Positions 1 through 10,675 of a DNA stretch of 64,000 nucleotides are shown here, one piece after another. Under the pieces are notes generated by a model. It was given only the letters and a program-made list of their open reading frames with translations. It did not search any database and was not told where the DNA came from. A program made the position numbers and the translations under genes. Position 1 is the first letter of the stretch. Every line of letters begins with the position of its first letter. This DNA comes from a candidate division FCPU426 bacterium (lineage in GTDB: Bacteria; Oederibacteriota; Muellerivitia; Muellerivitales; Muellerivitaceae), in assembly GCA_963738405.1 (NCBI GenBank), contig CAVTWJ010000002.1, positions 128,001 through 192,000 of the forward strand, in the 5' to 3' direction.

Positions 1-56
1 TCGAGGATTGGCTATTACTGACGAAGGACACCAGCCCCAACGCCAACCTGGATCTG

Positions 57-2051
57 ATGAAGCGGGAATACGCCGATTTCGGACACAACGACTTGCGCTG
101 TCCCGCCTTTATTCTTGAATATTCCAACGGATCGCGGATTACTGAATTCATCTATCATTCGCATGAAATACTCAACGGCAAGCCTCCCCTCCCTGGGCTC
201 CCCTCCACCCTTGCCGAATCGGGTGACGGGGCCCAAACCCTCATCATCACCCTTAAAGACAATCCTTCTGGTTTGGAAATCGATCTTTTTTTCAGTCTCT
301 ATCCCAGCCACAACATCCTGATCCGCCGAAGCCGACTGAGAAACACCGGCTCCCAACCTGTTCAGATTTTTAAATTCACGAGTCTGGGACTCGACCTTGA
401 TGCGGGCGATTACCGCCTCGTGAGTTTCGGCGGCGCCTGGGCGAGGGAGCGCATGTTCCAGGAACGCTCTCTTTTACAGGGGATGGTCCGGCTGGAAAGC
501 CGGAGGGGCATTTCCTCCCACGACATGAACCCCTTTGTCATGATCACCCGTGGCCCGGCGGACGAGGAACAAGGCGAGGTTTACGGATTGGCCCTTTCCT
601 ACAGCGGCAACTGGCTGCTGGAAGCCGAGGTCAACCACTTGGGAGGCTTAAGGCTCAACATGGGTTTGAACGACTTTGGTTTTAGCTGGCAATTGGAAGC
701 AGGCCAAGACTTCGATGCCCCCGAGTGCGTGACCGCCTATTCGCCGAAAGGTTATGGGGATTTAAGCCTGGCCCTACACCGGTTCGTCCGCGACCGTGTT
801 TCAAGGGGAGCCTGGAGCCTAAAGGAACGGCCCATCCTTATTAACAACTGGGAAGCCACCTATTTCAACTTCACCCACGAGGATATTGTCCGAATCGGCA
901 AAAGCGCTGCGGAGGCGGGAATCGAAATGCTGGTGTTGGATGACGGGTGGTTCGGAAAGAGGGATCAGGATAACACCTCTTTGGGCGACTGGTACGCGGA
1001 CCCCAAAAAACTTCCCCAGGGTATCGCCGGGCTCGCTCGGGAAATTCACGCTTTGGGGCTCAAGTTCGGGCTTTGGTTTGAGCCTGAGATGGTCTCACCT
1101 GAAAGCCAACTCTACCAAAAGCATCCCGGTTGGTGCCTGCATGCCCCGGGACGCCTGCGCAAAACCGCCCGTTGGCAGCTGGTACTGGACATGACCCGAA
1201 GCGAGGTTCGGGATTACCTCTTTGAGACCATCGGAAAAGTCTTGGAGGAAGGCCGGGTGGATTATGTGAAATGGGACATGAACCGTTCCCTAACCGAGGC
1301 CGAAAGCCTTTCCCTTCCCCCCGGCCGCCAGGGGGAGGTTTACCACCGCTACTGCCTGGGGGTCTACGAGCTGATGGAAAGATTCAACCAAAAGTTCCCC
1401 CATATCCTCTTTGAGGGCTGCGCGGGCGGGGGCGGCCGCTTTGACCTGGGACTCCTCAGCTACCAGCCCCAGATCTGGGCCTCGGACAACATGGATGGCT
1501 TGGACCGGCTCTTCATCCAGTACGGCACCAGCTTCGCCTATCCCGCCAACGCCCAAGGCTCCCATATCTCTTCTTCTCCCAACCACATCACCAAGCGGGA
1601 AACACCCCTCAAGTGGCGGGCCTTGGTGGCCATGTCGGCGAACATGGGTGTGGAGGCGGATATTTCCAAGTGGAGCGAAAAAGATCGCAAGGAACTGGCC
1701 GGATATGTGGCCCTATATAAAAAAATTCGCCCCCTAGTCCAATTCGGAGATTTTCACAGGCTGGAAGCCCCTTATCAATCATCCCGGGCCACTTGGATGT
1801 TCACGAGCGGAGATCAAAAAGAAGCCCTGCTTTTTGTTTTTCAAATCAAGCCGCCGGAAAAAGCGGAAAAAGTAAAACCAATCTGTCTCAGAGGCCTGGC
1901 ACCTAATTTTAATTATGAAATACAGGACGAGGGTTTGAACCTCAAAGGTTTCGAGTTAATGATCAAGGGCTGGATTCCAAAGGCCTTTCAAGCCGCTTCC
2001 ATCCCCGGGCCGTTCCATTGCGCCCTCTACCGCCTAACCGCCGGGAAATAA
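57..2051 (+). CDS. Alpha-galactosidase, GH36 (5' end probably upstream of the window)
   Basis: GH36 motifs NNWEATYF, LDDGWFG, FGLWFEPEMV, YVKWDMNR, GCAGGGGRFDLG; frame appears open to the window edge. Confidence 0.95.
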   Translation: MKREYADFGHNDLRCPAFILEYSNGSRITEFIYHSHEILNGKPPLPGLPSTLAESGDGAQTLIITLKDNPSGLEIDLFFSLYPSHNILIRRSRLRNTGSQPVQIFKFTSLGLDLDAGDYRLVSFGGAWARERMFQERSLLQGMVRLESRRGISSHDMNPFVMITRGPADEEQGEVYGLALSYSGNWLLEAEVNHLGGLRLNMGLNDFGFSWQLEAGQDFDAPECVTAYSPKGYGDLSLALHRFVRDRVSRGAWSLKERPILINNWEATYFNFTHEDIVRIGKSAAEAGIEMLVLDDGWFGKRDQDNTSLGDWYADPKKLPQGIAGLAREIHALGLKFGLWFEPEMVSPESQLYQKHPGWCLHAPGRLRKTARWQLVLDMTRSEVRDYLFETIGKVLEEGRVDYVKWDMNRSLTEAESLSLPPGRQGEVYHRYCLGVYELMERFNQKFPHILFEGCAGGGGRFDLGLLSYQPQIWASDNMDGLDRLFIQYGTSFAYPANAQGSHISSSPNHITKRETPLKWRALVAMSANMGVEADISKWSEKDRKELAGYVALYKKIRPLVQFGDFHRLEAPYQSSRATWMFTSGDQKEALLFVFQIKPPEKAEKVKPICLRGLAPNFNYEIQDEGLNLKGFELMIKGWIPKAFQAASIPGPFHCALYRLTAGK

Positions 2052-2088
2052 GGGATTAAACCCGCCCCTATCTTGTCAAAAATTTCAG

Positions 2089-2805
2089 GTGCTACTCTCA
2101 TCGCAGGTCACTTGCTCAACATTTGAAAGAAGTTCCTTGAAACTATCTAACGAGCCCAATTCACCCGATTATCAATCTCCCGGCGAGGAATTAGCTAATG
2201 GCATCACCCACGGTGCCTCCGCAATTCTGGCTTGCGGGGGATCGGCGGTTCTCATCACATTGGCGGCTTTAAGGGGAACGGCCTGGCACGTGGTCAGCTT
2301 CAGCCTCTTTTCAGGAACCCTGATCCTTTTGTTCGTCATCTCCACCCTTTACCACAGTTTCCGGTCGCCCAAGGTGAAGTTTGTCTTTGAGGTCCTGGAC
2401 CATTCCTCCATTTTCCTTTTGATCGCCGGGACCTATACACCCTTCGCCCTCATTACCCTGCACGGGGCCCTGGGCTGGACCCTTTTTGGAATTATTTGGG
2501 GATTGGCGGCGGGGGGAATCGTCATGAAGGCCTTTTGGACCGGGCGCTTCAACCTGGCTTCCACCCTGCTTTACCTGGGGATGGGATGGATGATCGTGGC
2601 GGCGGGCAAACCCCTCCTGGCGTCGCTGCCCATGGGAGGGGTGGAACTTCTGATCACGGGGGGAGTTTGTTACAGCCTCGGGACGATCTTTTATCTATGG
2701 GAAAAGCTTCCCTACCATCACGCCATCTGGCACCTTTTCGTCCTAGCCGGGGCGCTTTGCCACTACTTCACGATCCTTATTTATGTTTTGCCGCAAAGGG
2801 TCTAG
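2089..2805 (+). CDS. Hemolysin III / PAQR family membrane protein
   Basis: EELANGITHG, STLYH, LDHSSIFLLIAGTYTP, HAIWHLFV; about 7 TM helices; true start may be slightly downstream. Confidence 0.93.
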   Translation: MLLSSQVTCSTFERSSLKLSNEPNSPDYQSPGEELANGITHGASAILACGGSAVLITLAALRGTAWHVVSFSLFSGTLILLFVISTLYHSFRSPKVKFVFEVLDHSSIFLLIAGTYTPFALITLHGALGWTLFGIIWGLAAGGIVMKAFWTGRFNLASTLLYLGMGWMIVAAGKPLLASLPMGGVELLITGGVCYSLGTIFYLWEKLPYHHAIWHLFVLAGALCHYFTILIYVLPQRV

Positions 2806-2819
2806 TTCCACAGGACGTA

Positions 2820-3110
2820 TCAATCGGCGGAGGAAATCACCGATGTTCCGACTTCGCTTTTTAATTTTCCCAATTTGATGAATTGAACGGTGTTGGTGAT
2901 TAAAAAGTAGCCCGTGTAAAAGAAGGACTTGATCCCCCACCAGCCCAAAAAGAGATTGGTGAGGAAGGTGGACCAGAAGGTGGATTGGACGCATTTTTTG
3001 CAGAAAAGGCCCCGGCAGGCTTTGCGGATATGCATGATGATCAGCCCGATATTCTGCTGAAAGTTTACTTCGTAAAGAGGCGCTTCCTTACCGCACTTGG
3101 TGCATTGCAT
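2820..3110 (-). CDS. Small hypothetical membrane protein with CxxC pairs
   Basis: CTKC and CKKC, hydrophobic LGWWG segment; strong AGGAGG RBS. Confidence 0.7.
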   Translation of the reverse strand: MQCTKCGKEAPLYEVNFQQNIGLIIMHIRKACRGLFCKKCVQSTFWSTFLTNLFLGWWGIKSFFYTGYFLITNTVQFIKLGKLKSEVGTSVISSAD

Positions 3111-3276
3111 AACCCCTCCTCGAGTCCTTCTGAATGGTCCAACCCACGCCTTATTTTAAACCTAATATTCAGAAAATGTTAAAATGGGAAAAACCCTTAT
3201 TTTCGAACCTTTTATCCTTCTCTCTCCTTGTACCCACCATTAAGATGACAACGTTTGATTCGGCGGGAGGAAAACC

Positions 3277-3684
3277 ATGAAAAACACTACGGAAGAGATG
3301 GCCAGCCATTTGGAATTTTTAGGCTACACCATCCAAAAACCCCAGAAGAAAGAACCTAAAAACCCTCAGATCTACGCGGCCACCCACGCCAAAAAATGGA
3401 ACCTTGTATTTTGGGAAATCGCTCCCGAATTGGTGATGTTTCAAGTTTCCATCGCCATTGCCAAAAAGCAAACCAAGGAAATGGACGCGTGCGTCAACCG
3501 AGCCAACGAAAAATTATTTATCGCGAAGACCTATTACTATCTGGCGGATAAAAAAATAACCCTAAGGTTCGAGGCTTTCTACACGGGCCAATATTCCAAA
3601 AGCATTTTCGGGGCTTTCATTGACGCGCTGCTCAACGATGTCCAAACCTTCAGACTTCAGGACTCTCAAAACGCTTTTTATTAA
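3277..3684 (+). CDS. Hypothetical protein (possibly YbjN-like)
   Basis: 135 aa, GGGAGG RBS; family resemblance weak. Confidence 0.65.
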   Translation: MKNTTEEMASHLEFLGYTIQKPQKKEPKNPQIYAATHAKKWNLVFWEIAPELVMFQVSIAIAKKQTKEMDACVNRANEKLFIAKTYYYLADKKITLRFEAFYTGQYSKSIFGAFIDALLNDVQTFRLQDSQNAFY

Positions 3685-3727
3685 GTCTTCGAAGGGTATT
3701 TGCCGATAGGCGGGATTGAGACCGGTT

Positions 3728-4639
3728 TTAGTTTTTCGCGAACACCGTCAGGGGCGTGACCGCCAGAATCGCGGTATAGTCCGGCACCAAGACATATAGG
3801 CTTTTACCCTGAACGCGAACCTGGCAATTCTTCGCTTTTAAAAAATCCACCGCGTATTTCTTCCCATAAATGAACCCCACACTCGTTTCGGTGGCGTAGA
3901 AAAGACCCGACTTTTCAGAAAAAGCCAGGCTTTGGACATTTCCAGCTATACCCGTCGGAAGCAGGGATAGTTTCCCATTTTCATACATCAAGATTCCTTG
4001 GTTTTGAGCCAAGAAAGTCAGGGTGCCGTTGCCGGCGATGGCGCTGGGGACGAAATCCGTCACAAGAACCTGATGGATCTTGGAAGCCTTGGGATCGGGC
4101 AACACGTAATAAATCTCGCATTTTTTTGTCGTGGGGTTCACGCCTGACAAATAAAACCCAGTCCGGGTCGCGTCGAACAACCGCACATTGTCCAGTTTGA
4201 AACGTAGGATGGGGACCAGTTCCATGATGGGAAACAAATCTTTGGTATGGGCGAAAACTTTCGTGGATTGAGTGGCATAGGCGACGCCATGGGAGGTTCC
4301 AAAAAACGCAGCCCCCGTTCCCATGTAGCAAACATCGCTGAAAACGCCGCTGGTACCGAAAGTAATCTGCTTCAAGGGTTCTGTCAGGTATTGGGAACCG
4401 AAACTCATCCAAATTTGGGCGTTCGTGTCGATGCCGAAGGAATCGGCCAGGCCCTTTTCGGGCGCTTTGGGATTTGGGGGGATGACCCAGTGGGACGTGA
4501 GGCCCTTTAACTGAACAGGAACCTTAAATTGAACATCGGTTGGTGTATCCTGCGCCCTTAACCCCAAAGCCAAGCTGAAAGTTCCTAGGCACAACAATAA
4601 GGCAAAACATCTAAGGAGCCGGACCGGGTTCAAAGTCAT
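3728..4639 (-). CDS. Secreted hypothetical protein, probably beta-rich
   Basis: N-terminal signal peptide; ATGA overlap with upstream gene. Confidence 0.7.
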   Translation of the reverse strand: MTLNPVRLLRCFALLLCLGTFSLALGLRAQDTPTDVQFKVPVQLKGLTSHWVIPPNPKAPEKGLADSFGIDTNAQIWMSFGSQYLTEPLKQITFGTSGVFSDVCYMGTGAAFFGTSHGVAYATQSTKVFAHTKDLFPIMELVPILRFKLDNVRLFDATRTGFYLSGVNPTTKKCEIYYVLPDPKASKIHQVLVTDFVPSAIAGNGTLTFLAQNQGILMYENGKLSLLPTGIAGNVQSLAFSEKSGLFYATETSVGFIYGKKYAVDFLKAKNCQVRVQGKSLYVLVPDYTAILAVTPLTVFAKN

Positions 4640-6522
4640 TCTTTTTCCCCCGATTCCTTATTCCCCAGGAATTGTTCCTTCATTTTTTCGCCCAGTTCCT
4701 TGCCCTTTTCAAAGGTTTGCTCAAATTTTTCTTTATATTCCTGAATTTCCATGCCCTGTTCAATGTATTCAGAAACCACATGTTCGCGCTGGGGATTCAC
4801 GACCGAACCAAGCATGGTTTTGCGCCAGGTCTTGACTGTTTTATCTTCCGCTTTGTCCGTCAGCCACTTCCAAGTCGGGGTCGAAACTTCCGTGGTCACG
4901 GTCTCAAATCCGGGCACTCCATCCTTCACTACCACTCCAACGGTGGTGACTTTGTCGGTGATGTCGTGGGTGGCGACCAGCTTGGCAAAGTCCACAACGA
5001 CCGCCCCACCTTCCTTGCTATACACGGATTTCCAGGCCGCCTTGAACTTATCCGGCTCCTCAAAGGTATCGTCCTCAAGCTTCGCGCCCAACAAGAAACT
5101 GTCTTTGATGAGATCGTTCGCGGGCATGAAATCCCAAAGCTTTTTGAGCACCACGGGAGGAACGCTGTTGGTGATCTGGTTGAGCGCGCTGGCCGAGGAG
5201 GAATCCAGGTCCTTCAGCCATTGCGGCCTTTGCTCGTAATATTTCTGTCGGTCATCCTCTTTTTTCATGGCCGCTATTTCTTGGGCGGAGAATTGAGGAG
5301 CGGGAACATCAATCGGGGCTGTGTAATGGGTGGAAACAGCGGGGGGTGTAAACAGAATCACACTGGGAAGCTGCCTTTGACCGGCGTCCCAGTCCAAGGG
5401 TACAGCGCTCGTATCCTGCGAAAAGGACTGAACCGTACCAACCGGCGGAGCTGTCTCATTTTTCCTTTCCTCATTTGGCACATTGGTATTCACGTTTGTG
5501 TTCTCGTTGGTATTGTTAGTGGTTTCGGGTTCTTCAATGGAAACGTTGTTATTATTGTTGAAGGGCGTCAACGGAACCTGAATGGGGCTTTCCGGGGCCC
5601 CTGGCAAGGAGACATCGTCGGGGGCGACTACAGCGTTTTGAGGGTTCACGTTATCCCAGTCGGCGTTTTCTCCCTGCGCCGCTAGGGTTTTTAATTGGTC
5701 AAAAGCACTGGTCGGCTTTTGATTGTTGTCCGTGGAAGGCCCAGGCCAGCCTTCATACCCGTCCCCACTGGTCCCGCCTGCCATGAAGAAGGGGGTCTTG
5801 CCTCCCCCCGGGGGAAAGAGGTTGGCTTTGGATTTTCCAAACCTTTTTTCCATCTCCTCCGCAAGGTATCCCTTGTAGGCCACCGCCACGTATTGAATAA
5901 CCGTTGGTTTGAGTCCTTGGATCAGGTTGTAGCTCGCGCCAATGACGAACACCGATGCCACAACCAGTTTTCGCAGTGCTTCCCTGGCTTTCCCGGAGAC
6001 CGGATCGCCCAGTTCATAATTAAGAGTGTCGGCGACCGGCTTGCCCTTGACGGCGCCCGTCCGCACTTCACATTCGATGTTTTCGTCCGCGTCCATAGCC
6101 AACATTAAGCGCTTTTGGTCCTTGTCCCTTAACCGAAGGGAGCCGTTAGTGGGAAGAAGTTTCTTACCACGGCCTTCCTTGCCGCCCTGGATGAGAGTGT
6201 GGAAACGGCCGTTTGCGTCCGCCAAAGCGGCATCGCCGCCAGCGGGTTGAAGCACCAAAACGTTATGAGGGCCAAATTGTTTTTTCGGAAGAGCTGTGCC
6301 AAAACCAGAAGGGAGAATCCCCAAGACGCGGTACAAGCCAAGAGGGGTGTCGCCGAAAGGAAGAAGGGTGTTGCGGGAAGGATTGCCGTGGCGCTCGGCG
6401 GCTTTGGAATCGGCGCGACCGCAAACGGGAAAGGGGCCAGCCAATAGTTCGCCGTCTTCCTCAAGATGGACCGTTCCCTCCAAATCGCGGTTCGGAGGCA
6501 GGGTCACGATTAGTTTGCGCAT
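4636..6522 (-). CDS. Hypothetical protein with N-terminal L,D-transpeptidase(YkuD)-like domain, catalytic residues substituted
   Basis: GDTPLGLY...LIQGG...TNGSLRL resembles the HG...GCxR motif; likely start MRKLIVT (ORF track starts at 6600). Confidence 0.6.
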   Translation of the reverse strand: MRKLIVTLPPNRDLEGTVHLEEDGELLAGPFPVCGRADSKAAERHGNPSRNTLLPFGDTPLGLYRVLGILPSGFGTALPKKQFGPHNVLVLQPAGGDAALADANGRFHTLIQGGKEGRGKKLLPTNGSLRLRDKDQKRLMLAMDADENIECEVRTGAVKGKPVADTLNYELGDPVSGKAREALRKLVVASVFVIGASYNLIQGLKPTVIQYVAVAYKGYLAEEMEKRFGKSKANLFPPGGGKTPFFMAGGTSGDGYEGWPGPSTDNNQKPTSAFDQLKTLAAQGENADWDNVNPQNAVVAPDDVSLPGAPESPIQVPLTPFNNNNNVSIEEPETTNNTNENTNVNTNVPNEERKNETAPPVGTVQSFSQDTSAVPLDWDAGQRQLPSVILFTPPAVSTHYTAPIDVPAPQFSAQEIAAMKKEDDRQKYYEQRPQWLKDLDSSSASALNQITNSVPPVVLKKLWDFMPANDLIKDSFLLGAKLEDDTFEEPDKFKAAWKSVYSKEGGAVVVDFAKLVATHDITDKVTTVGVVVKDGVPGFETVTTEVSTPTWKWLTDKAEDKTVKTWRKTMLGSVVNPQREHVVSEYIEQGMEIQEYKEKFEQTFEKGKELGEKMKEQFLGNKESGEKE

Positions 6523-6568
6523 ACGATTTCCTAAAGAGAAATGGGGCCCTGCGGTACCGCTGACTTTG

Positions 6569-9500
6569 TCAAGAATATCCCTTTTTACCTGCCATGACAC
6601 TTCTTTTTTGGGGTTTTAATACCTCCAAATAGCGCCTCAACATTAGATCCATCGTAAATTTTTCGTTAACGATTTTCCGGCTGGCCTTCCCAAAACGCTC
6701 CAGTTTCGCCGGATTGGACAACAGCATTCGAACCGCATGGGCCATTTCCTTGGGATCGGCATCGGAAACCAAAAAGCCGTTCACGCCCGGCTCCACCTGT
6801 TCCTTGGTGCCTCCGAGGCCGGAGGCGACGATAGGCAGGCCCACACTCATAGCCTCCAGGGAGGCGTTGGGAGAGCCGTGGTCCGTGCCCAGCAGGAGGA
6901 AAACCTTGAATTTCCGCAGGTATGGCACCACATCCGTTTGGTGTCCCGCGAAATGAATATTGGCGACCCCCAATTCCTGGATACGCTTGTTGATGAATTT
7001 CCAATATTCCTCGTACTTGGGGTTGCCCGCGCCCACCACGACCAGCTTCACGCCCGGCAGGCGGCGGTTCAATTCGGAAAGCATCTCCACCAAAAACTCG
7101 ATGCGCTTGCTTGGCAATATACGGCAGCAGGTTCCGATCACGAGTTCCGATTCCCCCGCCCAATCGATTTGTGGATCATTCTTCCCCGGGGCCGCGGCCG
7201 AAAGGTCCGGCACCCCGTTGGGAATCACCGAAAGTTTTTCGGCTCCCAGTTTAATTCCTGGCGGATGACCGCCCTGGTATTTGGAAACGAAATGGTCCAG
7301 GCGTCGGAAGTAATCCTTGCCCGTAAAGGCGATGCGCTGTTGAAAGCCCGAGGCGTTGTCGATATCGGTAAAAAGCCATGGGCCGGGACTCACATCCATC
7401 ACCCTGATTGAACCCTTCGGCAAAATCTTGGCCAGCATCAGCTTCACCTTGGCTTCCACGTTCCAAAACACGATGGTTCCCGCGCCCAAGTGCCGGATCA
7501 TGCTCAGGATCTGCTCCACGCGGGTCAAGTAGGTCCGGGCCGAGCGCATGCAAAAAACGGGCACGCCCGCCGATTCCAGCTCATTGAGGAAAGCGGAATG
7601 GTTGATGGATTGGATTACTCCCAGCCAGGTTTGGCCGTCCTTGGGCATTCGGCACAAGAGATTCACCAAAGATCTGGGCGACCCCCCCAAGTTCAGATTG
7701 TCAGTTAAAAAGAAGACCCTAGCGGGGTCCGTTTTCCCCTCATAGAAGGCGGGCACGCCATATTGGCCCATATAGCACCAGAGCCGGGGAACCAGGTCGG
7801 CGTCCGGGGGCTGAAGAGGCACCAACCTTTCCGCCTTGGATAAAACCTGAGCGATGCCCCGCACATAAGCCCCGACATCGGAAGAATCCGTCACCAGCAC
7901 CGAATCGGGCGGCAGGCATTCACGGTTCCCGCCCGCGTCGGCCGAAACGATGGGGCATCCCGCGTGTATGGCCTCCAGCGTGGCTACGCTCAAACCCTCA
8001 TAAAGGCTGGTGTTTAAAAAGACGTCAAAAGCGGCGTAGTAGGGGCTCACGTCCTTCATAGGCCCCGGCGTCAAAAGGTCCGCCATTACCCCTAGTTCCA
8101 GGGCCTGGCGGCAGGTGGCCTCATAAGTCACCCGGCCGTTGCCCCATTGGTGGTCCCATCCGCCCAGGATCATCAGCTTGGCGGCTCGGTGGCGCCTCAC
8201 CTCGGCCAAAACCCGCACCGCCCGGGCGTAAGCCTTTTGGGTTTTAAATTCCCCCACCATTCCAATCAACAGGGTGTTATCAGGAATCGAATGCAGTTCC
8301 CTCATCTTTTGGCGCTGGGCCTGTAACTCCTCGGGGGTAAACCAGCGCTGAAGCTCGTGCCGGACCGCCACCACCGGCTTAGGGCAACGGGCGGACCGCA
8401 ATTGTTCCGCCACGTCCTCGGATACCGCCGCCACATAAGGCACATGGGGGTCGTTGAATTCCCTCGGGTCGTTCTGCCAGGAAGGGCGTGAATTCTGGAT
8501 GACCGGGATGGTATGGACCCCATATTTCCATAGGGCCCTTAAGTAGGGCATATGGATCATGTGGGTAAAGACCACCGGGTTGGGGGAAGCGAGAATCTCA
8601 AAAGCCGCCATGCGCATCTTGGTGGCCGCGTCAAGGGAGTGAAGCCGGTAAACCTTCCTCCCGGGCTCGCCCTTGTATTCGTAGCAAGGCTTGTGCTCCG
8701 CGAGCAGGAACAATTTGGAAGTCGCCCCGGCTTTCACCAGCCCCTGCAGGGTCTCAAGAACGCTACGCTCAGCGCCTCCCCGGGCCAAGGAAGGAAGCAT
8801 GATATTGATATGGTGGGAATGGGTTATTTCGGGGGTTACCGGCTGGCGCACCTCGCCGCTCAGGGATTGGACCGGCATGGGAGGCATTTCAAAAATCGGA
8901 GCGGGAAGCGGCGGATTATTTTCATCTTCCGGGCCGGCCGGATCTTCCGTCAGACCATATTCGGCGTAAAGACGGCCCAGGGTCGACTCGGCGGGCACCG
9001 AATCTTTGTTAGGAGGTTCCTCCACACATTGCACGCCCCGGTATTTTCCCCCATCCAACTGCAGGGTGCGCCACATCTCGTTGATCCAATGGATACCGTG
9101 CCACTCTTCAGGGATCGGCTCTTCCCTTTCAATGAAGGGCAGGATGATCTTTTCCCAGCGGTCCTCGTTGCAAATACCCTTCAGAATGAAACGCTCCAGC
9201 TTCAGTTTTTTCACGTTTCTTGAAAGCACCCGATTGGGCATCAGCCAGGGGCTTTTCTCGTCGGCTTCCTTCTCGACCTGATCGTAGGTCATCTTCATCA
9301 AGGGGCTTCCCGCGGGGCATTTCATGATGTTGCCCACCACCCCCACCCGGTGGGGCCGAAAAAGGTACTCGCCCTTGAAATTCAAGGGCTTCAGGCAGGT
9401 CACATCCATATCCACCCAGGTCCCGCCCTTCATATAAAGGAGCTTGTAGCGGAAAAGATCCGAAAAGGGCGCGCCGACGCTTCCCTTTCCCACCCCGGTC

Positions 9501-10675
9501 TCGGGGTCGATGTCTTTTTTTCTGAAAATCTTCTCTCGGGGAATAATTTCTGACGCGTCCTCCAAGATCACTTCCTTGGGCAGGGGGGTTTCCAAATCGT
9601 CATAGAGCCAAAGGTGAAACTCATGGCCGTGGCGGATAAAGGAACGGACGGTGAGCTGTTCCAATTTGGAGAGGGTCTTTCCGATCCAAAGCCCGTGAAC
9701 GACGCGGTTGTTCGGGCTCAAACGGCCCTTTCGCAGGGATTCCTTCCCGCTCGCCTCGTCCCCGCCCTCCTCGGCAAGGAGGGCCTCCGCCTCATCCCAA
9801 TTTCTCCAGCCTCTCTTCTTCACCCCGCCATTGATGAAATGGATGAAATTCGGGGAGGGCTTCGTTCGATGGGGCCGCAGGCTGTAGGTCTCGTTGAAGG
9901 GAATATTCTTGCCCTGAAGGGATTGGCGGTTCTTGAGGGGCGTCCCCTCATAGCAATCCACGATGAAGTTGTAATCCCGCGGAAGGGTCGGGGTCTTTTG
10001 AAGGCCCAATTTCCAAGCGGCCGCTACCAGGGTGCCCTGGTCACGGGTCTTCCAGTAGGGGTCGTCAAAAATGTTCCGGCTGTAGCGGTTCCAGAGGTCA
10101 AAAAAAGGTTTGGATTCCGGCTTAAACACAAAAACCCCGCCGTTCCAATGGGCCCAGCCCGGGTCCTTGACGGTCACCTTGAATTTTTTTTGGATCGCCT
10201 CAACCAGGTGATTGCATTGGGACTCGGCGCAGCCGCAGTCCACCGCGTAACGGCTAAAGGTGGGAAGCTGGTAGTGGTCGGGTGCGAAGGCAAAGGGGCC
10301 CTTCACGCGGGAGAAAATCGAATCGATGTCCTTATTCACCGCGATCACGTCATTATCCAGGTAACAGCCGGTGAGGTTCGGGCCATTGAGATAGTGGTGG
10401 ATGCCGGTTTTAATCATGATGGCCATCTGATGGTCATCAAAACCCTCAATGCGGGCGACATGCACCAATTGGTCGTGGTTCACGGGCGCGCTGATCCCGC
10501 ATCCCAGGATCACAATGTCCTTGCGCGTGTATTTTTTAAGAAATTCCAGCGAGGTGTTGACGCGGTCGGCGTGCTCATTGCCGCAGACCACATAAACATA
10601 GCTTTGGCGCGAAGGCTTGCGGCTTTTAGCACGGGAGGAAACGGTTTTAGGAGTCGGTTTTGACGGTATTCCCAT
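6569..10675 (-). CDS. Multidomain glycosyltransferase (GT8-like + GT32-like + two GT4)
   Basis: YLDND...NGGVF...DQG (GT-A); HGLWIG...SDLFRY...GGTWVDMD (GT32); EGLSVATLEA and GSPNASLEAM (GT4); start uncertain (10675 or 10783). Confidence 0.85.
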   Translation of the reverse strand: MGIPSKPTPKTVSSRAKSRKPSRQSYVYVVCGNEHADRVNTSLEFLKKYTRKDIVILGCGISAPVNHDQLVHVARIEGFDDHQMAIMIKTGIHHYLNGPNLTGCYLDNDVIAVNKDIDSIFSRVKGPFAFAPDHYQLPTFSRYAVDCGCAESQCNHLVEAIQKKFKVTVKDPGWAHWNGGVFVFKPESKPFFDLWNRYSRNIFDDPYWKTRDQGTLVAAAWKLGLQKTPTLPRDYNFIVDCYEGTPLKNRQSLQGKNIPFNETYSLRPHRTKPSPNFIHFINGGVKKRGWRNWDEAEALLAEEGGDEASGKESLRKGRLSPNNRVVHGLWIGKTLSKLEQLTVRSFIRHGHEFHLWLYDDLETPLPKEVILEDASEIIPREKIFRKKDIDPETGVGKGSVGAPFSDLFRYKLLYMKGGTWVDMDVTCLKPLNFKGEYLFRPHRVGVVGNIMKCPAGSPLMKMTYDQVEKEADEKSPWLMPNRVLSRNVKKLKLERFILKGICNEDRWEKIILPFIEREEPIPEEWHGIHWINEMWRTLQLDGGKYRGVQCVEEPPNKDSVPAESTLGRLYAEYGLTEDPAGPEDENNPPLPAPIFEMPPMPVQSLSGEVRQPVTPEITHSHHINIMLPSLARGGAERSVLETLQGLVKAGATSKLFLLAEHKPCYEYKGEPGRKVYRLHSLDAATKMRMAAFEILASPNPVVFTHMIHMPYLRALWKYGVHTIPVIQNSRPSWQNDPREFNDPHVPYVAAVSEDVAEQLRSARCPKPVVAVRHELQRWFTPEELQAQRQKMRELHSIPDNTLLIGMVGEFKTQKAYARAVRVLAEVRRHRAAKLMILGGWDHQWGNGRVTYEATCRQALELGVMADLLTPGPMKDVSPYYAAFDVFLNTSLYEGLSVATLEAIHAGCPIVSADAGGNRECLPPDSVLVTDSSDVGAYVRGIAQVLSKAERLVPLQPPDADLVPRLWCYMGQYGVPAFYEGKTDPARVFFLTDNLNLGGSPRSLVNLLCRMPKDGQTWLGVIQSINHSAFLNELESAGVPVFCMRSARTYLTRVEQILSMIRHLGAGTIVFWNVEAKVKLMLAKILPKGSIRVMDVSPGPWLFTDIDNASGFQQRIAFTGKDYFRRLDHFVSKYQGGHPPGIKLGAEKLSVIPNGVPDLSAAAPGKNDPQIDWAGESELVIGTCCRILPSKRIEFLVEMLSELNRRLPGVKLVVVGAGNPKYEEYWKFINKRIQELGVANIHFAGHQTDVVPYLRKFKVFLLLGTDHGSPNASLEAMSVGLPIVASGLGGTKEQVEPGVNGFLVSDADPKEMAHAVRMLLSNPAKLERFGKASRKIVNEKFTMDLMLRRYLEVLKPQKRSVMAGKKGYS

